A DNA stretch of 59,417 nt, filler included. It is 6 parts of 6 records of this genome, joined end to end, with 100 filler letters (N's around TTAATTAATTAA, not from the genome) between each part and the next. Parts side by side here need not be neighbours in the genome. Positions count along the whole stretch, not along the records: positions 52,473 to 59,417 come from SRR31147125_5808; 5 more parts are not named here. One strand, 5' to 3'. The position numbers and the translations under genes are program-made. Positions 52,473 to 59,417 of the stretch are shown piece after piece. Positions within the stretch are counted from its first letter, which is position 1, and each line of letters opens with the position of its first letter. The notes under the pieces are model-generated. The model made no database searches, had not been told where the DNA came from, and saw nothing but the letters and a program-made list of their open reading frames with translations.

Positions 52473-53259
52473 CCAAAGCATTACAGACGCCCGGACGAGA
52501 TGTTTTTCCATCAATAAGTAAATCTACTGCCATTTCCAGATTTGCTTCTTTATCCACATACAAGTGACAAACACCTTTGTAATGTTTGATGACAGGAATA
52601 CGGCTGTTTTCGCTGACAAAACGAATCAAGCCTTCTCCACCTCGTGGAATGATCAGATCAATATAGTCATCCTGTATTAATAATTCCGACACAGCTTTAC
52701 GGTCACTCGTGGGTACAAGTGTGATCGCTTCAGGCGGAATTCCTTCTTGCTGTAAAGCAATATGAAGTGCTGCCGCGATGGCCTGGTTCGAGTGAAATGC
52801 TTCTGATCCTCCGCGTAATACAACGGCATTACCTGCTTTTAAGCAAAGGGCGGCAGCGTCAGAAGTGACATTGGGTCTGGATTCGTAGATCATGGCGATT
52901 ACACCCAGAGGTATACGCATCAAACCGACCTGGATTCCGTTGGGTCTTGTTTTGATAGAGGATATTTCTCCAACAGGATCTTCAAGGATGGCTATTTCGC
53001 GCAACGCATGTGCCATACCGGAGATTCTGTCGTGATTCAGGATAAGACGGTCTATCATTGCCTGTGAAAGATTATTTTCTTTTGCCTGCTCTATATCTAT
53101 TGAATTGGCTTTTATAATATCCGCTTCATTCTCTAATAACTGATCCGCCATAGCATGCAGTGCCTGGTTTTTTTTCTTACTATCCAGTTGTGCTACTGCA
53201 TAGGAAGCCTGACGGCATTTTTTGACCAATTCCACAATTTGTGAGTTTATATCTTTCAT
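52473..53259 (-). CDS. proA: Gamma-glutamyl phosphate reductase (3' truncated)
   Basis: IYESRPNVT, IPRGGEGLI, GVCHLY, PGVCNAL. Confidence 0.95.
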
Positions 53260-54443
53260 AGTGGCATCTCCTGTTTAGAGCTTTTTAATAATACCAGATC
53301 GTCTCGTTGAATAACCACATCTGAATGAAAGTAGGATAAAATAGTTTCAATTTCTTTACTTTTTCTACCTTTAATCAATGTCAGGTCATGCGATCCATAT
53401 TGTGTTATACCTTTTGCAATTTCTTTTGACCGGCCATTTTTTTTGACAACAACCTTGACAGCCTCACCCATAGTAAATTCCCCATCCACCTGGAGGATTC
53501 CGGATGGAAGAAGAGAAGCACCTTTAACACAAATTGCTTTTGCTGCTCCTTCATCTATGATAACACGACCGGACCCTTCCAAAGCATGAAGCATCCAGTG
53601 CTTTTTGGCTGCCATGGGAGTCTCTGTCTTTTGAAAAAATGTTCCGCATAATGAACCTTCCAGTATCTTTTGATAATTCTCGTGTATTTTCCCGTTGATA
53701 ATGATCGTGTTAATTCCTCTGGATGTGGCTTTTTCCGCAGCTTCGATTTTTGTAAACATACCTCCGGTGGCGATAGGATTTGTGGAATCACCAGCGAGTG
53801 AATATACAGATGGATCGATTTTTTTAACAGCAGGTATGAGTTCCGCGTCCGGGCATGTGGCAGGATTACCGTTGTAGAGGCCGTCAATATCGGTACAAAT
53901 TATAAGCAAATCCGCTTCCGCCAGCACAGCAACGTGAGCTGCCAGATTATCGTTATCTCCTAATTTAAGCTCGTCAACTGCGACTGTATCATTTTCATTG
54001 ATAATAGGCAATGTTTGAAGTTCCAGCAACTTGTTTAATGTATTTTTTGCATTTACAAATCGTTCTCTATTATGAATGTCATCATAAGTCAAAAGGAGTT
54101 GCGCACAGGGAAAATCAAAGAATCGGCTCCATGTACGCATTAATAATGTTTGTCCAATAGCTGCTAATGCCTGTTTTTCCGGGATCGTTCTCTGGTATTT
54201 CTTTCGCATGTGACGCTGAGTTGATAAACCAGCTGCAACTGCACCGGAAGATACGAGAATAATCTCTTTGTCCTTATTTAAACTTTCGATTATAAAATTG
54301 GCAATCGGTAGCACATGTTTTGTACTGCATTTTTTACCCTTTGGGGCTACAAGGGCACTACCAACCTTAATGACAGCACGTTTCCATTTCGGAATCTTGA
54401 CTTTATGCATGAAATTATCCTGTACTGGTAATACTTGTGACAT
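53256..54443 (-). CDS. proB: Glutamate 5-kinase with PUA domain
   Basis: VIKVGS, NENDTV, GDNDNL, TGGMFTK, SLLPSG. Confidence 0.95.
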   Translation of the reverse strand: MSQVLPVQDNFMHKVKIPKWKRAVIKVGSALVAPKGKKCSTKHVLPIANFIIESLNKDKEIILVSSGAVAAGLSTQRHMRKKYQRTIPEKQALAAIGQTLLMRTWSRFFDFPCAQLLLTYDDIHNRERFVNAKNTLNKLLELQTLPIINENDTVAVDELKLGDNDNLAAHVAVLAEADLLIICTDIDGLYNGNPATCPDAELIPAVKKIDPSVYSLAGDSTNPIATGGMFTKIEAAEKATSRGINTIIINGKIHENYQKILEGSLCGTFFQKTETPMAAKKHWMLHALEGSGRVIIDEGAAKAICVKGASLLPSGILQVDGEFTMGEAVKVVVKKNGRSKEIAKGITQYGSHDLTLIKGRKSKEIETILSYFHSDVVIQRDDLVLLKSSKQEMPL

Positions 54444-54992
54444 GGCCGTGTTGAAAAAGTGAACAGTTTATTTAATTTGTGAAAATAACACGATTATGCC
54501 GGATCGTTTGCTAAATGTTAATGTTTCTGTTTGGATAAATACTTTTTTACAGATAATGAATTATCACATTAAAAAATTATAATTTTAAAGTTAATACATA
54601 TTTTTAATAAAGTCAAATATATAAAAAAACTCATTTAATTAAATGATGTTAATTGTTTTACTAACCTTTTATGGCTATTCGTTTTTATTTAAAGTTTTGG
54701 TTGGTATGGCAAAATATGGGTGAAAAGGTACATGCTTGTCAACAGTGAAGAGGACGAAGCTGGGCTTTGTACAATGAATCTCTGGTGGGCCTGCATAAAA
54801 ACAGATCCTGTCCTGGAAGGGATGCCTTTATATTTGGTTGATTCATAATCAAAAGAAAAAATAATAATGTACCAGGATGATTTATAAAAAACTCGCGAGT
54901 GGGATTGTATGCTAATCTAGAGTTATCGTATGGACTTTATATTAAAACAACAATGTTTATTTATGGCAGGTTCATTGTTAAAATATAGACTG

Positions 54993-55135
54993 AAAAAGAA
55001 AAACCCCGACAAAAGGAACAGACGGGGTTTTTCATTTATCTGGGAGTCCAGTTTTAACTTGCACAACTGGAGGCTCCTATATTTTGACTGCTACTTATAG
55101 GATCACCTCCTCTCTCCAGGGCGTAAATCATCGCA
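54993..55135 (-). ncRNA. Candidate structured small RNA or small-ORF transcript
   Basis: AGGAGGTGATCC followed by two hairpins and a terminator; 25-aa ORF at 55054-55131. Confidence 0.4.
54998..55033. terminator. Bidirectional-type intrinsic terminator
   Basis: GAAAAACCCCG...CGGGGTTTTTC. Confidence 0.75.
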
Positions 55136-55391
55136 TTGAAAATTTCCCTGATAAATTCCCAATGCCCGGTGAATTAATATATTCAACACAAATGAATTGA
55201 AAATGTTCCAATTTTCTGAGATAATCTATTTTTTCGGTGAATTATTTTTTCACATAGAAATAGCTGATCTGTAACTAACGTTGTTTTTTACCGTATGTTT
55301 TAGTGTAATATCACTCAATATATTTGCGAGTTTGTAAGAGAGTCATGTTTGTCTTCAATTGTATTTATCTTTTTAAACGCAGGAGGATGGT

Positions 55392-55970
55392 ATGAAAATT
55401 TTCGCTACAGTATTTTGGTCTCTTTTTTTTATTTCCACAGTCTATGCTGATATCCATATACACGGATGTTGTTCAGATGATCATGAGGCTTGCCACAATG
55501 AATGGATGGAAAACATTTCTATTGATGTTGATGATGGATCTGTCATTATCAAAAATAACAGAGACAGGCATGATCGTGTTGAACTATCAGAAGATTATGA
55601 ATTATATGTGAATGGGAAATTTGTTCGTACTAATAGAGAGCAGAGAAGGTATATTGAAGATTATCATGATCTGACATGCCAAATTGAACATGACGCAAAA
55701 AAAATTGGCAAAGAGGGTGCGAAAATAGGCGCAAGAGGAGCTAAATTGGGTGTCACAGCTGTTTTTAACGTAATCAAATTACTCAGCTCGGATTACGATA
55801 GTGATGATCTTGAACGAGAAATGGAACGGGAATCTTCTAAAATTGAAGCTAAAGCGGAAAAATTGGAGAGAAAAGCTGAGAAACTGGAAGAAATGGTGGA
55901 TGAGCTGGAAGAGTTGCATTTCAAATTAAAGGAAAGCATTCCTGAATTAGACGAATTGGAATGGTTTTAA
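55392..55970 (+). CDS. Exported YggN/DUF2884-like protein
   Basis: Signal peptide; ELYVNG beta region, then coiled coil IEAKAEKLE...IPEL; AGGAGG RBS. Confidence 0.6.
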   Translation: MKIFATVFWSLFFISTVYADIHIHGCCSDDHEACHNEWMENISIDVDDGSVIIKNNRDRHDRVELSEDYELYVNGKFVRTNREQRRYIEDYHDLTCQIEHDAKKIGKEGAKIGARGAKLGVTAVFNVIKLLSSDYDSDDLEREMERESSKIEAKAEKLERKAEKLEEMVDELEELHFKLKESIPELDELEWF

Positions 55971-55993
55971 TTACAGGCTGTTATAATTCATGT

Positions 55994-56419
55994 CTAGTCA
56001 GTAATTGCTTGAACCGACCCTCTTGATTTTTTTAGTTGTCCACGACGACGTTTGGATTCCAGACGATGTTTTTTCGATGCAAGTGTAGGCGATGTTTTGT
56101 AACGATGTTTTGGGGGCTGAACAGCTGCCTGTAAAAGCTCAACGAGTCGATCCAGAGCGTCTTTACGGTTTTGTCGTTGTGTGCGAAATCTATTGGCTTT
56201 TATGATCAGAATTCCATCTGACGTCAGGCGATGTCCTGCCAGTTTCACGAGTCGATGTCGAATTTCATCGGTTATGGAGGCGGAAGTAAAAACATTGAAA
56301 CGCAGTTGCACAGCTGTTGCAACTTTATTTACATTCTGACCTCCGGGACCGGCTGCATGTATGAATTCTTCTTTGATTTCCTTCTCATCAATAGCAAGAG
56401 TGGGTGTGATCTGTATCAT
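55994..56419 (-). CDS. arfB: Alternative ribosome rescue peptidyl-tRNA hydrolase
   Basis: GPGGQNVNKV, RTQRQN, basic C-terminal tail. Confidence 0.93.
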   Translation of the reverse strand: MIQITPTLAIDEKEIKEEFIHAAGPGGQNVNKVATAVQLRFNVFTSASITDEIRHRLVKLAGHRLTSDGILIIKANRFRTQRQNRKDALDRLVELLQAAVQPPKHRYKTSPTLASKKHRLESKRRRGQLKKSRGSVQAITD

Positions 56420-56427
56420 TGTATTGA

Positions 56428-57738
56428 TTATATACCTTCAATGTTCTCGTTTGTCTGTGAATTTTCTTTTTCCATCTTTTGTTCTGCTTTTGTTATTCTC
56501 TTTTTTGCTTCTTCTGCTTTCTTGTGCGCTGGAAATTTATCAAGAACAAGCTGATAATATGAAATGGCCTTTGCGTAATCATCAAGTTTGTCTTCACATA
56601 ATGAACCTGCTTCAAGAAGATGCTCCGGCGATTTCTCATAGTCCGGATAGATATCTGCTATTTTGTAATATGTAGCTGCGGCCAACGTATAATCTTTGAT
56701 ATTTTTTTTATAGATATTTGCTATCTCTTCAAGTGCTTTAACACTTTTGGGATCTGTTCCATGATTTTCCACAATTTCATTAAATGTGGCAATCGCAGCC
56801 GGGTAGTCTTTGATTTTATTTTTGTTAATTAACGCTATTGCCCACAGAGCTTCTGGGGCATTTGGATTTTTCGGATAATCCTCCACTGTTTTACGGTAAT
56901 CTGCCAGAGCTGCCGTATAATTTTTTTCTTTTTTCTTTTATTTCACCCATAAGAAATAGTGCATCAGCCGCATAGGTACTTGATGGAAATTCGGTTACGA
57001 CCTGGTTAAGTATTTCCAAAGCCTGTTCCTGTTGTTTTAGTTTTTGATAAAGCAAATTACCTCTGTTATACAAGGCATTTGGCAAAAGTAAACTTGATGG
57101 ATGGAGAAGAGACAGCTTGTAATATGTAATATCTGCTTCCTTATTTTTATTGTTAGTCGCATAAATATCTGCGACCCATAATAGTAACTGATCATTGCGG
57201 CCATCCTGGGGAAACATACGGGTATAGTCATAGTAAGAATGTAAAATCCAGTCACTCAGTTTTGGCTGGTCAAGTTTTATCAATGTTTCCAGATAGTTAA
57301 AGTATCTGTTTGCTACAGAGCTGTCTGTAGATTCCTTGTTTAGAATATCCAGTATATAATCTTTTTTCTCAGCATACGACTTGTCTGTCAAAATTAGTTG
57401 ACGTATGGCATCTTTAGACAGGCTTATTTTATCGCTATTGGGGAAAAGGAAAAAAGTTTTAATAGAGTCGCCAAAGCGCCATGTTTATTTTTTTTGTTTT
57501 GATAGACATTTCCCAACATGTATAAAACCTGATCTGTAGGCTCATCTGATGGAAAAGTTTGAATAAAAAGATTTGCTTCGCTAATAAAGTAATCTCTCAG
57601 GTTTTTATCATTTTTATTTAAAGTTTCCTGTAAAAAGGTAAAAGCTTTATCCTTATCATATTGTGCAAAAACAAGTGAAAAAGAAGAAAAAATGATAAAA
57701 ACCATAATGAGCAATGGCATTCGATGTAAATATTTCAT
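56428..57738 (-). CDS. Exported TPR protein (BamD/CpoB-like repeats), split into three ORFs by two homopolymer frameshifts
   Basis: Signal peptide; repeated FP/YP...A..AL TPR units; frames join near 57450-57462 (FLFPNSDK) and 56921-56938 (NYTAALADYRK). Confidence 0.75.
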
Positions 57739-58319
57739 GATTCATCCTGTTTTTAATCTTGATAAACTGGTAGTTGGCACATTTTTCAAATAACGATACA
57801 AGCTACATTTACGTTACATTTTATTGTGAAATGTAAATATCAATTTATAATATAGTTAGTGCAAAACAAATGCTTTATAATGAAAACCATATATTTTTTT
57901 ACCTTATTTCAAGTTTAACGTAATAGATACAACCTTTTAAACGTATAAAGCCGAAAAAGTCTTCACAGATATTATATTTGATTAAAGTGACAAATGCCAG
58001 GAGCCAGAACAACCGTTTATCTATTCTGCTGATTATGAGATTAAAGCTTTTAAACCGTTATATAAATGACAATTTTCTTTACACAGGTATTGGTAAGTTA
58101 TAAAGAAAAATAAAATTGTCAAGTGTGTTGATTCAATAATTAATTTTTGGGTATTTAACGAGAAATATAAAGAATGGCTGAAATAAAAGAATCTAATTGA
58201 GTTTTTGCTGATTGTTCTGTAGGAGCGGGAATGATAAATCGAAGAAATTATAAATTTAAGTTATTATTTACTTGTATAAGACGATGTTAGCGGCACGATG
58301 GCCTCGAACAGGGTGATTT

Positions 58320-59108
58320 TTAAAGAACGAGATTGGCCGGATTTACTTTAAAATGACACGCCTCCAGTTTTTTTAATAATTCCATTTGCCACAGGCCGGA
58401 ATCGTCAAAAGGTATCCATTTAATACCAGTATAACCGGAAGGAAGTTCCAGTCTTTCATCAGGTTGGTAAAGGGCGAAAACGCGATCTTTGCCAAGTTTG
58501 CCGAGAAAAAAGCCGAATTCAAAAGTCACATCTTGTTGTGCCTGAAAGGTTGCATTTTCAGGATTATCCTTTTCAGGATAGTTGATATCATCCAGAGTGA
58601 ACAAAACAATTGCAAAAGATTCGTCTGAATAAACCGAGAAATTATTTATAATGGATCTTTTTTTATTCGGATGTTTGGAAAGGATGAGGGGATTTATGCG
58701 AAGTTCCTTTAGGGTTCTTGAAACAAGTTGTAGCATCATGTCATCCTGGCCATGAATGATGAACACCTGTTTTTTGGGTTCCTTTTGGCTTTTGGGGATT
58801 GTTGAATTAACGGTTGCGATTTCGAATAATTTTAAATCCTCTTGTATTGTTTTGAGCAAATCCAGCATTGTTGATGACCCTAAAAGCCATTTTTGTCGTT
58901 TTTCTATTTGATCCGCATTTTTATTTGAGGTTAAAAATTGAATATTCTGGAAATCCAATACGTAATCGTCATCCTGACCAAAAATACTGCCAATCATCAT
59001 TTCACCATTTTTGCGGAATTCCTCCAGTTTCGATTTATTACCATATTCCAGCTGATTTAACTCTTCAATAAGGCTCTGAATGAGAGCTAGTTCGTTCATA
59101 GATAACAC
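58320..59108 (-). CDS. TIR-like nucleotide-binding domain protein (Cap12/Pycsar TIR family, PF10137-like) with N-terminal helical domain
   Basis: VFIIHGQD, FAIVLFTLDD, VTFEFGFFLGKLGKDRV, LELPS. Confidence 0.8.
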   Translation of the reverse strand: MLSMNELALIQSLIEELNQLEYGNKSKLEEFRKNGEMMIGSIFGQDDDYVLDFQNIQFLTSNKNADQIEKRQKWLLGSSTMLDLLKTIQEDLKLFEIATVNSTIPKSQKEPKKQVFIIHGQDDMMLQLVSRTLKELRINPLILSKHPNKKRSIINNFSVYSDESFAIVLFTLDDINYPEKDNPENATFQAQQDVTFEFGFFLGKLGKDRVFALYQPDERLELPSGYTGIKWIPFDDSGLWQMELLKKLEACHFKVNPANLVL

Positions 59109-59417
59109 CCCTCGTCAAAGATGAGTTCCTTTATAACTCAATATCTTCTAGTCGGGCTAATTTCCCAATGGTGATCCAAAATAAAAAAGTTTGTTATTGA
59201 GAATAACATAATAAACGAAATAAGTCAATTCCATCACACAAGCCGGGGGGGGAGATAAAAAGTAAAACAATTTAATTATTTTAACAATTTGTTCTGCCAG
59301 TGTCACAATAAAATGATGCTTTTGTTATGTAATTATTGGCAGAAATCAAAAGCCATATTTTTTCATTTTATATCGTAAAGCAGCCTCAGATACCTGTAAC
59401 AGGTTGGCTGCTTTGCT

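Noticed and set aside
54731-54847. 38-aa + strand ORF upstream of proB
   Set aside because: No convincing RBS, motif or homology cue
55100-55111. 16S rRNA gene 3' end
   Set aside because: The conserved upstream 16S sequence (GTAACAAGGTA and helix 45) is absent; only the anti-SD 12-mer matches
58320-59417. Complete CBASS/Pycsar/Thoeris system
   Set aside because: Only a lone TIR-like gene; no cyclase or partner gene visible

Overview
The window is an artificial concatenation of six unrelated contigs, joined by N44-TTAATTAATTAA-N44 linkers at 8499-8598, 18147-18246, 33196-33295, 41665-41764 and 52373-52472, so adjacency across a linker means nothing. Taxonomic guesses are inferences from gene content and composition. 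Contig 1 (1-8498, Bacteroidota) is the best candidate for an undescribed system. It has five co-oriented genes: a Tat-signal intradiol-dioxygenase-fold protein lacking its iron ligands, a PhyH-type 2OG-Fe(II) dioxygenase, a SAM methyltransferase with PRMT-like motifs (DxxRT and a double-E loop), a signal-less phage tail-collar (Mdp-type) protein, and a 1619-aa TSP3-repeat T9SS cargo protein. Contig 2 is a sulfated uronic-polysaccharide degradation cluster (DUF4861-GH105, sulfatase, GH105, BNR_4-GH105, beta-helix) in which two genes share a signal-peptide cassette. Contig 3 (diderm, KSB1/Calditrichota-like) has a cobalamin riboswitch, a BtuB-like receptor, a CbrT-like ECF S component, msrB, mnmA, an ECF sigma/anti-sigma pair and a thioredoxin/CcdA cluster. 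Contig 4 (Clostridia-like) has oriC, dnaA, dnaN, sdaAB/AA and argS. Contig 5 (Spirochaetota-like) has ilvD, ilvB, mazEF and opp genes. Contig 6 has proBA, a structured intergenic element, arfB, a TPR gene and a degenerate TIR-like protein. Several genes are split at homopolymer runs, most likely by sequencing error. I found no tRNA, rRNA, CRISPR array or transposase.
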